Positions 1 to 9,168 of a DNA stretch of 35,173 bases are shown piece by piece; within the stretch, counting starts at the first letter, position 1; every line of letters begins with the position of its first letter. Under the pieces are notes generated by a model. The model was not told the DNA's origin, made no database searches, and saw only the letters and a list, made by a program, of their open reading frames with translations. Made by a program: the position numbers and the translations under genes. The DNA is from Fidelibacterota bacterium (GTDB taxonomy: Bacteria > Fidelibacterota > Marinisomatia > Marinisomatales > Marinisomataceae). Location: contig JAYZKH010000022.1 in NCBI GenBank assembly GCA_036163585.1, positions 1-35,173 of the forward strand, given 5' to 3'.

Positions 1-1
1 T

Positions 2-370
2 AATCTTTCTGATTTAAATAATGAACAAAAAAAGATGTACAAAGGAACAGTTGAAAATAGAGACTTGCTAAAAAAAGCATTAGTAGAGCTAGAAAAAAAT
101 AAGCCAAACTATGAATTAATTGGCACCATTCTTACCGAACTTCATGTGGTGCTAAGAGATATATTTGATATAAGTACTCCTAAAATTGAATCAATGCTTG
201 ATGCAGCAATGAATGCAGGTGCTTTGGGAGGGAAAATTACTGGATCAGGTGGGGGTGGTTGTATGTTTGCTTACGCACCAGACCATCCAGAGAAAGTTGC
301 TGAAGCCATCGAACAAGCAGGAGGAAAAGCATATATTGTTTATTCAGATGATGGAACAAAACTTCTTTAG
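2..370 (+). CDS. GHMP-family kinase (mevalonate-kinase/galactokinase-like), C-terminal fragment; the 5' end lies outside the window
   Basis: The frame of the 35..370 ORF stays open back to nt 2, so the listed Met is internal. The C-terminal motif GALGGKITGSGGGGCMFAY is typical of GHMP kinase motif 3. The substrate cannot be assigned from this fragment. Confidence 0.6.
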   Translation, partial: NLSDLNNEQKKMYKGTVENRDLLKKALVELEKNKPNYELIGTILTELHVVLRDIFDISTPKIESMLDAAMNAGALGGKITGSGGGGCMFAYAPDHPEKVAEAIEQAGGKAYIVYSDDGTKLL

Positions 371-389
371 TTATTTTTATCGATGGGTG

Positions 390-476
<87 letters not shown>

Positions 477-489
477 AATGTTCGGTAAT

Positions 490-1470
490 TTATACACTAC
501 TGGACAAAAAAGATACTAGTCTATCTTTTAAATTATCAAGCCCAGATTCACTTACAGATGAGATATCAATATACTCTTCAGAAAAATTATTCCATTGATC
601 TAATATTTTTGGATCTTTGATAGTATCTAATTTTGTACGCACCACCAAGGTTGGTTTATCCATAAGTGTGTCATTAAATGTATTCAATTCTTTTTTTAAT
701 TTATCAAATGTTTCTTGAGGATTTTCCTCTAGAATATCAATCAAAAATAATAATATCTTATTGCGTTCAATATGTTTTAAAAACTGATGTCCAAGTCCTT
801 TTCCCTCACTTGCCCCTTCAATTAATCCAGGAATGTCAGCCATCACAAATGATTGATATTCACCATATTTTACAATCCCCAAGTGTGGTTGTAATGTAGT
901 AAAAGGATAATCAGCAATTTTTGGTTTTGCTGTAGTCATCACAGATAATAATGTTGATTTACCAGCATTTGGCAACCCTACCAAACCTACATCTGCTAAT
1001 ACTTTTAATTCTAATTCTACTTTAAGATGCCCTCCTTCTATTCCCTCTTGAGAGAAACGAGGAGTTTGCTGAGTTGAAGACTTAAAATGATGATTTCCCT
1101 TTCCTCCAATGCCTCCTTCACACACAATATAAGATTGATTGTCTTCTACCATATCTATAATCACCTTGCTAGAAGTTTCTTCTTTAACAACAGTCCCGCA
1201 TGGAATTTCTATAATCAAATCATCTCCGGATTTACCTGTTCTTTTGTTTGGCCCGCCTGATTGTCCATTTTTTGCCTTATATAGACGACGATATCGGATG
1301 TCTTGAAGTGTGTGTAAATTGGAATTGGTTACAAAAACAATATCTCCACCTTTACCGCCATCTCCACCGCTAGGACCACCTTTATCTATATATTTTTCTC
1401 GGTGAAAAGAGACGATACCGTTCCCGCCGTTGCCTGCTTGCAACTCAATCTTTGCATAATCGATAAACAT
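490..1470 (-). CDS. obg: GTPase Obg (short form ending just after the G domain)
   Basis: The N-terminus MFIDYAKIELQAGNGGNGIVSFHREKY...GGPSGGDGGKGGDIVF is the Gly-rich Obg fold. The G domain has GLPNAGKSTLL (G1), DIPGLIEGA (G3) and a VRTKLD stretch standing in for G4. ATG start. Confidence 0.95.
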   Translation of the reverse strand: MFIDYAKIELQAGNGGNGIVSFHREKYIDKGGPSGGDGGKGGDIVFVTNSNLHTLQDIRYRRLYKAKNGQSGGPNKRTGKSGDDLIIEIPCGTVVKEETSSKVIIDMVEDNQSYIVCEGGIGGKGNHHFKSSTQQTPRFSQEGIEGGHLKVELELKVLADVGLVGLPNAGKSTLLSVMTTAKPKIADYPFTTLQPHLGIVKYGEYQSFVMADIPGLIEGASEGKGLGHQFLKHIERNKILLFLIDILEENPQETFDKLKKELNTFNDTLMDKPTLVVRTKLDTIKDPKILDQWNNFSEEYIDISSVSESGLDNLKDRLVSFLSSSV

Positions 1471-1481
1471 GATATAAGAAG

Positions 1482-2744
1482 TTAAAAATTGTTAATGATT
1501 TCGTCGCCAAATTCTGAACATTTCAAAAGTGTAGCATTGTCAAGCAATCGATGAAAATCATAGGTTACTTTTTTCGAAGAAATTGTTTTTTCTAATCCAT
1601 TGATAATTATTTCAGAAGCTTCATTCCATCCCATATATTCTAGCATTAATGCTCCAGATAAGATTACTGACGATGGATTTACTTTATCTAAACCAGCATA
1701 TTTTGGAGCAGTACCGTGTGTTGCTTCAAAAATAGCATGTCCAGTATTAAAATTAATGTTTGCACCCGGAGCAATACCAATACCTCCTACTGAAGCTGCA
1801 GCTGCATCTGAAATATAGTCTCCATTTAAATTCATGGTAGCAATAACATCATATTCGCTTGGTCTTAATAGAATTTGTTGTAAAAAGGCATCTGTAATAC
1901 CATCTTTTACTAATAATTTCCCGCTATCAAGTGCATCAGATTGTGCTTTATTAGCAGCTTCTGCTCCTTCTGCTTCTTTAATTTTATCATACTGATTCCA
2001 AGTAAAGACTTTGTCTGCAAAATTAGTTTCTGCATACTCATATCCCCATTTTTTAAAATATCCCTCAGTAAACTTCATAATATTGCCTTTATGAACAAGA
2101 GTTAAGCTCTTACGATTATTTTTTAATGCATATTCAATTGCTGCATGAACTAAACGATGAGTTCCTTCTTCTGATATTGGTTTAATTCCAATAGAACTAG
2201 ATTCAGGGAATCGTATTTTTTTACCAACTCCCAACTCATTGATTAGGTCTATCACTTTTCCTGCTCCATCTGAACCGTTTTCCCACTCAATTCCAGCATA
2301 AATATCTTCAGTATTTTCTCTAAAAATTGTCATATCAACAGTGCTAGGGTCAGATAAAGGAGAAGGAGTGCCTTTATACCATCTAACTGGTCTAACACAA
2401 GCAAACAAATCTAATTCTTTTCTTAAAGTAACATTAAGTGATCGGAACCCTCCTCCAATTGGAGTTGTTAGTGGTCCTTTAATAGCAATAACATGATCTT
2501 TGATTATCTCAAGTGTCTCATTAGGAAGCCATTCTCCATTTCTATCAAATGATTTTTCCCCTGCAAATACTTCAAACCATTCAATGCGTCTTGATGAATT
2601 GTATGCATGGTGTACAGCAGCATCAAGCACTTTTTGACTAGCTCTCCAGATATCAGGACCAATACCATCTCCTTCAATAAAAGGGATAATTGGATTATCA
2701 GAAACAACCAGATTTCCATCAACAAATTTTATTTTATCTGCCAT
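1482..2744 (-). CDS. icd: NADP-dependent isocitrate dehydrogenase (homodimeric type)
   Basis: 420 aa. [32 protein letters not shown] and [13 protein letters not shown] are hallmark IDH/IMDH family motifs. The 1-nt TAATG overlap with coaD supports the start. Confidence 0.95.
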   Translation of the reverse strand: MADKIKFVDGNLVVSDNPIIPFIEGDGIGPDIWRASQKVLDAAVHHAYNSSRRIEWFEVFAGEKSFDRNGEWLPNETLEIIKDHVIAIKGPLTTPIGGGFRSLNVTLRKELDLFACVRPVRWYKGTPSPLSDPSTVDMTIFRENTEDIYAGIEWENGSDGAGKVIDLINELGVGKKIRFPESSSIGIKPISEEGTHRLVHAAIEYALKNNRKSLTLVHKGNIMKFTEGYFKKWGYEYAETNFADKVFTWNQYDKIKEAEGAEAANKAQSDALDSGKLLVKDGITDAFLQQILLRPSEYDVIATMNLNGDYISDAAAASVGGIGIAPGANINFNTGHAIFEATHGTAPKYAGLDKVNPSSVILSGALMLEYMGWNEASEIIINGLEKTISSKKVTYDFHRLLDNATLLKCSEFGDEIINNF

Positions 2745-3223
2745 TACTGTAGTTTCTCTTTTAATCTTTTTTCAATGTTTTTTGGAACAAATTTTGTTAA
2801 TTCTGCATCATGCTTCGCTAAATCTTTAATGATTGTTGAATTTAGATGAAGAAATTTTTCATCAGGAATCATAAGCAGAGATGAAATAGAAGAATCAATG
2901 TTATAGTTAACATTTGCCATTTGAAATTCAAACTCAAAATCACTCACATGTCTTAACCCTCTAATAATCGCTATGGCACCACAATCTTTTGCAAAATTAA
3001 TTACCAAATTTTTAGGATTAGAATGAACATGTATGTTCTCAACATCATTAAAACATTCTTCGATCATTTCAGAACGTTCATTATGGCTAAATAATGGATT
3101 TTTTTGAACATTGTCAGATATACAGATATGTACCTCATCAAATAGCTTAGATGCTCTTTTTGCTATATCTATGTGTCCGTAGTGAATAGGATCAAAAGTC
3201 CCTGGATATATAATTTTCTTCAT
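2744..3223 (-). CDS. coaD: Phosphopantetheine adenylyltransferase
   Basis: The [20 protein letters not shown] nucleotidyltransferase H-x-G-H motif is present. The ORF-track start at 3232 is a TTG. The ATG at 3223 forms an ATGA overlap with the rsmD stop and gives the canonical CoaD N-terminus. Confidence 0.9.
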   Translation of the reverse strand: MKKIIYPGTFDPIHYGHIDIAKRASKLFDEVHICISDNVQKNPLFSHNERSEMIEECFNDVENIHVHSNPKNLVINFAKDCGAIAIIRGLRHVSDFEFEFQMANVNYNIDSSISSLLMIPDEKFLHLNSTIIKDLAKHDAELTKFVPKNIEKRLKEKLQ

Positions 3224-3726
3224 TTCTGCCAATAAAGTAAGTTTGTGCCCCCAAATTTACTAATTTTATCATATCCTGCAAGAAATTCATGGCTTTTGCA
3301 CTCCAATACAAATACACCTCCTTTATTAAGGCGATTTAAACATAATTCTACCAAATTGCTTGTGTTAGAGTCAGTATAAGGTGGATCTGCAAAAATCACA
3401 TCATATGAATTAGATTTTTTCAGAAATCTATTTACATCTCTTACCATAAAGTTAAAACTGTCATATTCAATTTCTTTGGCATTCATAATGATTTGATTCA
3501 TATGTTTCTTCTCTAACTCAATAAATGTTACTGATTTGGCATCTCTACTAGCAGCTTCAAAACCTACAATACCAGAACCTGCATATAAATCAAGAAAATG
3601 CTTCCCTTTTAGAGATTTTAAAGTATCAAAAATGCTTTTCCTTGCAATAGATGTTGTTGGACGGTATTCAAACTTTTTATTCGATTGAATAGCATGGTTC
3701 TTAAACTGCCCTGCTAATATTTTCAT
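3220..3726 (-). CDS. rsmD: 16S rRNA (guanine-N2)-methyltransferase RsmD-like
   Basis: It has the SAM-binding DLYAGSGIVGFEAASR and the N-methyltransferase motif IFADPPY. The ATG at 3726 (second codon of the track ORF) overlaps the upstream TGA as TGATG. Confidence 0.85.
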   Translation of the reverse strand: MKILAGQFKNHAIQSNKKFEYRPTTSIARKSIFDTLKSLKGKHFLDLYAGSGIVGFEAASRDAKSVTFIELEKKHMNQIIMNAKEIEYDSFNFMVRDVNRFLKKSNSYDVIFADPPYTDSNTSNLVELCLNRLNKGGVFVLECKSHEFLAGYDKISKFGGTNLLYWQK

Positions 3727-5252
3727 CAACTTAAAACAGTAATATAAATATGGGTTGAATTATCGGATTTATTAAATGAAATTTTTCTAACAATGAAATT
3801 GTCATAATCTTTGATTTTATTAATGACATCTTTAAACATTTCTTCTTCAATTCTTAAAATAAGATTATCAACTTTTTGATCTAACAGAGTGCCATCAATA
3901 AGTTTAAAATCTATATTTTTTATATCAACAACTGAATTAAGAAAATTAGAAACTGAGATAGAACTTTGATCAACTTCTGGAGGTGTAAACAATTCTATCT
4001 TGTATGATATCTTATTTTCTGAAAGATTGATTTTTTTAACTGAATTTGGATCTACATCAATTAATAGACCTGTAATGTCAGTGCTTCCTGTTGCTGAGAG
4101 AATACCATTGACAACACTTAACATGTCAACAGAGTTACCATAATCAGATTCAATGACTGATTCGAAAGCATCAATCATAGCATAAGATTTAACATGATAG
4201 CTCTCAAATTGAGCATAATCAGAAGAACTTGTTGATACAGGTGTTGGATTAATGAAATCGAGCAGAGGTTCAGCATCAAGTAGATCTTCTTGTTTAAAAT
4301 CTTCAAATACAGATTCAACATTTAGTTCTTTTAAATCTCTTTGATTTATAACCTGTAATGAAACCAACAACACAATGAATGTTAGTAGTGCTGCAATTGC
4401 ATTTCTGAAATGGTAAAAGAAATTCTTTGTCTCTGTTTGTTTAGTAAAAGTTTTTTTCTTTTCATACAAGCTGCCATCTACAATCTGAATTCCAACTGGA
4501 TTAATAAAATTTAGTATTGGAATAGAATTCTCGATTATACCTGACAAGCTTTTTACAATATCTATATCAGAAAAGAATACAAATTTAGGTCCAGATTTTT
4601 TAAGAGAAGATTCTGCTACTTTTGATAGACTGGTAAAACCAATTACTCTACTGAAAATTTTATTTCTTGAAGCATAATTAGCTAGAAAAAATGCAAACCC
4701 TTTGCGCGAATAGTTAAAGATGAGATAATCTTTTTTTGATTTAATTACACCATATTGTGTTGTTTTTATATCAGAAAGAACAACACTAGACATGGGAACA
4801 AGTGATTTAATATCAATTCCAAAATTATTAAAGTTTAATTTAATCTTATCTTTTAGATAATGATTTATTTCTACAATGTGGATTGTTTTTTTTGATGATT
4901 TTTTATTTTCTGATATGTAAAAATAATTACTAAATAAATCTTTCCATTTTGAATGCAATTCATCTTTTATTTTCTTTGCTAATTCTGAACTGCTATTACC
5001 ATTATTTACAACTAAAGAGTGAGACAATAAGCTGTCACTTATAATTATTGAAGCATCCTGATTTTCTAACAATTCTTTTTCATTTAACTCATCTAATGCT
5101 TGAGAAATAACATTATTTAATAACTTTGGATCACTTATACAAGATAGTAAAGGATGATGAAATTTTATTTTTGAATAGAGGCTTAATGTACCTTTTTCAG
5201 GATTTTTTTTGAATAAAACTAAAGTATTATTATGTACTATAAAATATAACAA
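3726..5252 (-). CDS. Bitopic membrane protein: cytoplasmic PilM/GspL-like domain, one TM helix, periplasmic PilN/PilO-like domain (hypothetical)
   Basis: 508 aa. It starts at TTG immediately after an in-frame TGA, and the next Met is about 150 codons in. A K-rich stretch precedes a single TM helix (AIAALLTFIVLLVSLQVI, nt ~4344-4403), and the C-terminal part is acidic. By-eye resemblance of IHIVEINHYLKDKIKLNFNNFGIDIKSLVPMSSVVL to the PilM core, and of the C-terminal end to PilO. There is no profile search behind this. Confidence 0.4.
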   Translation of the reverse strand: MLYFIVHNNTLVLFKKNPEKGTLSLYSKIKFHHPLLSCISDPKLLNNVISQALDELNEKELLENQDASIIISDSLLSHSLVVNNGNSSSELAKKIKDELHSKWKDLFSNYFYISENKKSSKKTIHIVEINHYLKDKIKLNFNNFGIDIKSLVPMSSVVLSDIKTTQYGVIKSKKDYLIFNYSRKGFAFFLANYASRNKIFSRVIGFTSLSKVAESSLKKSGPKFVFFSDIDIVKSLSGIIENSIPILNFINPVGIQIVDGSLYEKKKTFTKQTETKNFFYHFRNAIAALLTFIVLLVSLQVINQRDLKELNVESVFEDFKQEDLLDAEPLLDFINPTPVSTSSSDYAQFESYHVKSYAMIDAFESVIESDYGNSVDMLSVVNGILSATGSTDITGLLIDVDPNSVKKINLSENKISYKIELFTPPEVDQSSISVSNFLNSVVDIKNIDFKLIDGTLLDQKVDNLILRIEEEMFKDVINKIKDYDNFIVRKISFNKSDNSTHIYITVLS

Positions 5253-5256
5253 TCAA

Positions 5257-6033
5257 CTAATTATCCCAACTTCTTGTTCCGTCAATGATATATCCGTGAC
5301 TTCTAGTTCTTAGAGAGAAAAATCCATATCTATTTTCTCTATAAGAACGAATTGGACTAGAAACTCTTATGGAATTTGGACTAATCTCAATTATATAAGG
5401 CTCGCCAGTTAATGGGCAATTAAATTGAGAAGAATCTGGTAAAGCTATAAAATCATAAGGTTCTCTTTCTTTTCTGAATCTTTTATCAAAATAAGAAACT
5501 GTTTCAATTCGTTCGAATGTACTCTCAGAAATAACCTTGAGAAAAAGTGGATCTGATGATGTTTCTTTTAAATTTCTTTTTTGAACATAAACAGTATCTT
5601 CTACACCATCTTCGGTAAGCATCAATACTGTCACAGTTGTATCTACTACAGTTTCTTTTGCAACTCTTCTAAGACCAAATGTAGTATCATATTCAACATC
5701 AAAACCTTTAGGAACATCTATTAAAAATTCTTCTCCGCTTAACTTAACTGACTGCTCTCCAAGAAAAAGAGAGTCCGCTGTTAGAGAGTCTCTTACAGCA
5801 TTAACAAGTCTAAGTGCTTTTAAACCATCTTGTTCATATTCTCCAGTTAAGATATTATAGAAATTTTCTACACTGTAAACATTTTGCATACGGAATCTAC
5901 TTTCATTTTTGTAAGCATCTTCCTCTTGCCAAATTATACTAGGAACATAAATAACCACTAACATAATGATAAAAATGATGAATGTGATTATTTCTAGATA
6001 GTCGTTAAAAAATTTTTGTTTTTTCTTGTCCAT
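5257..6033 (-). CDS. Membrane-anchored pilin/pseudopilin-like protein without a canonical prepilin cleavage site (hypothetical)
   Basis: 258 aa. It has a basic leader MDKKKQKFF followed by NDYLEIITFIIFIIMLVVIYVP. Glu14 and Pro31 are 17 residues apart, exactly the E5-P22 spacing of type IV pilins. The following helix, SIIWQEEDAYKNESRFRMQNVYSVENFYNILTGEY, looks like pilin alpha1-C. There is no Gly at -1. Confidence 0.4.
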   Translation of the reverse strand: MDKKKQKFFNDYLEIITFIIFIIMLVVIYVPSIIWQEEDAYKNESRFRMQNVYSVENFYNILTGEYEQDGLKALRLVNAVRDSLTADSLFLGEQSVKLSGEEFLIDVPKGFDVEYDTTFGLRRVAKETVVDTTVTVLMLTEDGVEDTVYVQKRNLKETSSDPLFLKVISESTFERIETVSYFDKRFRKEREPYDFIALPDSSQFNCPLTGEPYIIEISPNSIRVSSPIRSYRENRYGFFSLRTRSHGYIIDGTRSWDN

Positions 6034-6078
6034 TTTATGTTACCTGAATTTACAATAAATAAGATTCATAACAAGGCA

Positions 6079-7161
6079 TTAATCATCAAACTTTTCAAAA
6101 CTAACATCGTTATTCTTGTTGCTATCATAATAGTCTTGTAAAGCTTTTTTTTCACTTTTAGATAACTTTTTAGGAATATCAATTTGAATCTTCACCAATT
6201 GATCTCCTCTGCCAGTTCTTCTAAGTCTTGGAAATCCTTTCCCTCTAATTCTTAAAATTTGACCTGCCTCAATACCAGATGGAATTTTCAAACTTGCTTT
6301 CCCATCAACAGTAGGAACATTAATTTTATCTCCAAATACAGCCTGAGTAAAACTAATTCTTGCCTGTAATAATATATCATCTCCATATCGTGAAAAATAC
6401 TCGTGGTCTTCTTCTTCAAAAAAGACATAAAGATCACCAGAAGTCCTATTGATATCTTCATGTCCTTGTGAATCCAGTGTCATATAATTTCCATTTTCAA
6501 CACCAACTGGAATATTAATTTTAATTGTTTCTTCAACTTTAATCATACCATTTTTGTCAGCTCCAGAAGGAATTTTATCCAATGTTTTTCCATACCCTTT
6601 ACATTGAGGACAAATAGAAGTAGAACGCATTTGACCGAGTATAGAATTAGTTACTTTTGTCATTTGTCCAGCACCACCACACATAGAACAATTAGAGAAA
6701 GATGCACCATCTGCCAATTTTAATCTTTTTAGTTTAATTTTTTTAGAACCACCATTTACTATTTCATCATAAGTAAGACTAATCTTTATTTTAATATCAC
6801 CACCAGTTCTAGCTCTTGATGATGCTCTCCCACCTGAAAAAAAAGATTCAAAAGGATTATTACCGCCAAAGATGTCTCCAAATTGACTAAAAATATCTTC
6901 CATGTTCATGGATTGGAATCCACCTTGTCTTCCTCCCATTCCACTAAATGCAGAATGTCCAAATTGATCATATTGTTGACGTTTCGATGAATCTCCTAAT
7001 ACCGAGTATGCTTCAGCAGCTTCTTTAAATTTATTTTCAGCTTCTTTATCATCGGGATTACGATCTGGATGATATTTCATAGCAATTTTGCGATATGCAC
7101 GTTTGATCTCTGTTTCATTGGATCCTTTTGAAACACCTAATATATCATAATAGTCTCTCAT
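6079..7161 (-). CDS. dnaJ: Molecular chaperone DnaJ (only two CxxCxGxG motifs)
   Basis: J domain DYYDILGV...HPDRN, G/F-rich linker, CSMCGGAG and CPQCKGYG, then the C-terminal substrate-binding domains. ATGA overlap with the grpE stop. Confidence 0.95.
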   Translation of the reverse strand: MRDYYDILGVSKGSNETEIKRAYRKIAMKYHPDRNPDDKEAENKFKEAAEAYSVLGDSSKRQQYDQFGHSAFSGMGGRQGGFQSMNMEDIFSQFGDIFGGNNPFESFFSGGRASSRARTGGDIKIKISLTYDEIVNGGSKKIKLKRLKLADGASFSNCSMCGGAGQMTKVTNSILGQMRSTSICPQCKGYGKTLDKIPSGADKNGMIKVEETIKINIPVGVENGNYMTLDSQGHEDINRTSGDLYVFFEEEDHEYFSRYGDDILLQARISFTQAVFGDKINVPTVDGKASLKIPSGIEAGQILRIRGKGFPRLRRTGRGDQLVKIQIDIPKKLSKSEKKALQDYYDSNKNNDVSFEKFDD

Positions 7162-7664
7162 TTTTTATTTACAACCACTTTAGCATGTTTAATAATCAAG
7201 TCTTTGTATTGGAAGCCTGCTTCATAAACTTCTACAATTTCATTATCTTTCTTTTTACTATTATTTGTTGTTGTTAATGCTTCATGTAAATCGGGATCAA
7301 AAATGTCTCCTTTTTTTCCAAATTGCACTATTTCCTTTTCTTCCATTTTCTTTAGAAAATCCTTTTGTATTAAATCAAGAGCATCCTTGATATTCTGGTC
7401 TTTATAAGATTCAATTCCTCTGTTAATAGTATCAAGAATGGAAAGGAAATCAAGGACAAAACTCTTTCCTTCGTACTTTAAAATATTAGTTATTTCAGAT
7501 TCTTTTCTTTTTCTAAAATTATCAAACTCTGCTCTCAATCTTAATTCTTTATCCTTTAATTCATCGATAAGAATGACTAGATCTTTTTTAGTGACAGATT
7601 TCTTTTTTGATGACTTTTTCTTCGGCATTTCTTCCCCAGATCCATTTTTTACTTTTTTACTCAT
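7158..7664 (-). CDS. grpE: Nucleotide exchange factor GrpE
   Basis: 168 aa. It has a K-rich N-terminus, the coiled-coil LRLRAEFDNFRKRKE, and a C-terminal beta domain (FDPDLHEAL...GFQYKDLIIKHAKVVV) typical of GrpE. It lies directly upstream of dnaJ. Confidence 0.9.
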   Translation of the reverse strand: MSKKVKNGSGEEMPKKKSSKKKSVTKKDLVILIDELKDKELRLRAEFDNFRKRKESEITNILKYEGKSFVLDFLSILDTINRGIESYKDQNIKDALDLIQKDFLKKMEEKEIVQFGKKGDIFDPDLHEALTTTNNSKKKDNEIVEVYEAGFQYKDLIIKHAKVVVNKK

Positions 7665-8518
7665 AATAATATTCTCTTCATTGATTTACTTGATGCATAA
7701 ATGCTTACAATTAAAGACAAAACAACCATCCATGCCCATAAGTAATCATCAATCTTTATATTAACACCAAGATAGGAATTTATTATAACAAATCCATATT
7801 TAACTAATAAAAATGCAAGCAGAGAACCCACCAGAGATTGTAAGAATGTTTCAATCATAAAAGGAGTCTTTATAAACAAATTAGATGCACCATTATAGCG
7901 AAGAATTTCAATAAAATCTCTACGATTTGACATTGAAAGACTTGTAGTGTTTCCTATGATTTGAATAGAAATAAAGATGAGCAATAAAACTAATACAAGA
8001 AAAATGAAAATAAATAAATTAATCCTGCTTTCAATACTTTCAACATAACTTCCCTGATAAACTATTTCATCAATAAGTAAGTTTGATTCATATTCTTGTA
8101 TAAGAAGGTTCACTTTTTCAGAATCAAAACCTTTATCATACAGATTAATTTTTAACGATACCGGAAGAGGATTGTATCCTAATATTTCAATGATATCTTC
8201 TCCAAATTCTTCATAAAATATTTTTGCTGACTCTTCTTTACCAATTAAGTCAACAGATGATATTAGGGAATCCTCTAAGAAGTCATTTTTTAAACTAACA
8301 GCCTGGTCTAAACTTGTATCAGATTTTAAAAATACTTCAAAAGTATACTTTGATCTAAAAAAGTTTACAATATTGTCTGTGTTGTAACCAAATACAAAAA
8401 AGGTACCTAATATTGTAAAATTAATTAAGATTGTAACGATACATATGAAATTAGCTAATTTATTTCTAGTAAAATTCTTAATACCCTCAACAACTAAAAA
8501 TGCCAACTTATCTATCAT
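7661..8518 (-). CDS. ftsX: Cell-division ABC transporter permease-like protein FtsX
   Basis: 285 aa. The layout is an N-terminal TM, a periplasmic loop domain and three C-terminal TMs. ATGA overlap with the ftsE stop gives the canonical ftsE-ftsX order. Confidence 0.85.
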   Translation of the reverse strand: MIDKLAFLVVEGIKNFTRNKLANFICIVTILINFTILGTFFVFGYNTDNIVNFFRSKYTFEVFLKSDTSLDQAVSLKNDFLEDSLISSVDLIGKEESAKIFYEEFGEDIIEILGYNPLPVSLKINLYDKGFDSEKVNLLIQEYESNLLIDEIVYQGSYVESIESRINLFIFIFLVLVLLLIFISIQIIGNTTSLSMSNRRDFIEILRYNGASNLFIKTPFMIETFLQSLVGSLLAFLLVKYGFVIINSYLGVNIKIDDYLWAWMVVLSLIVSIYASSKSMKRILL

Positions 8519-9168
8519 CCACTTACCACTTTACCTTCATTTAATTCTATAACCCTATATGCTTTGTCAGATATTAATTTATAGTTATGGGTTGCCATAA
8601 CTACACATGTACCTTCTTTGTTTATTTGTTCAAGTATTTTCAATATTCTGTGTCCAGTAGTAGGATCTAAATTTCCAGTTGGTTCATCTGCTAGTATAAC
8701 ATCAGGATTTTTAACAATAGCTCTTGCGATACATACTCTCTGTTGTTCTCCGCCTGATAGTTCATTAGGAAATTTTTTAGAATAATGTGATAATTCTGTT
8801 AAATCTAATGCTTCATTAACAAGCTGCTTAATCTTACTTCTACCAACTCCATTAATGTGTAATGGTAGTGCAATATTTTCATATACTGTTCTTTGTTTTA
8901 ATAATTTATAGTCTTGAAAAACAACTCCAATCTTCTTTCTCACTTTATGTATAGAAGATTTTTTAATATTAGCGGATGAATATTTTAATATTTCTACTTT
9001 GCCTTTGTGTGGAAATAAGTCAAAGTAAAGTAGTTTTAGAAGTGTGGTCTTACCAGATCCAGTAGGCCCCACAAGAAAACAAAATTCATTTTTATTGATT
9101 TTTAAATCAATGTTATACACCCCAGATTGAGGAGAATAATTATATGTTATATCCTTAAAATCAATCAT
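8515..9168 (-). CDS. ftsE: Cell-division ATP-binding protein FtsE
   Basis: Walker A GPTGSGKTTLLK, signature LSGGEQQR, Walker B VILADEPTGNLD and H-loop ATHN. 217 aa, followed by ftsX. Confidence 0.9.
   Translation of the reverse strand: MIDFKDITYNYSPQSGVYNIDLKINKNEFCFLVGPTGSGKTTLLKLLYFDLFPHKGKVEILKYSSANIKKSSIHKVRKKIGVVFQDYKLLKQRTVYENIALPLHINGVGRSKIKQLVNEALDLTELSHYSKKFPNELSGGEQQRVCIARAIVKNPDVILADEPTGNLDPTTGHRILKILEQINKEGTCVVMATHNYKLISDKAYRVIELNEGKVVSG

Noticed and set aside
7438-7764. 108-aa plus-strand ORF spanning the grpE/ftsX junction
   Set aside because: It lies antisense to two coupled, well-supported genes, and its sequence is low-complexity and F/S/L-rich.
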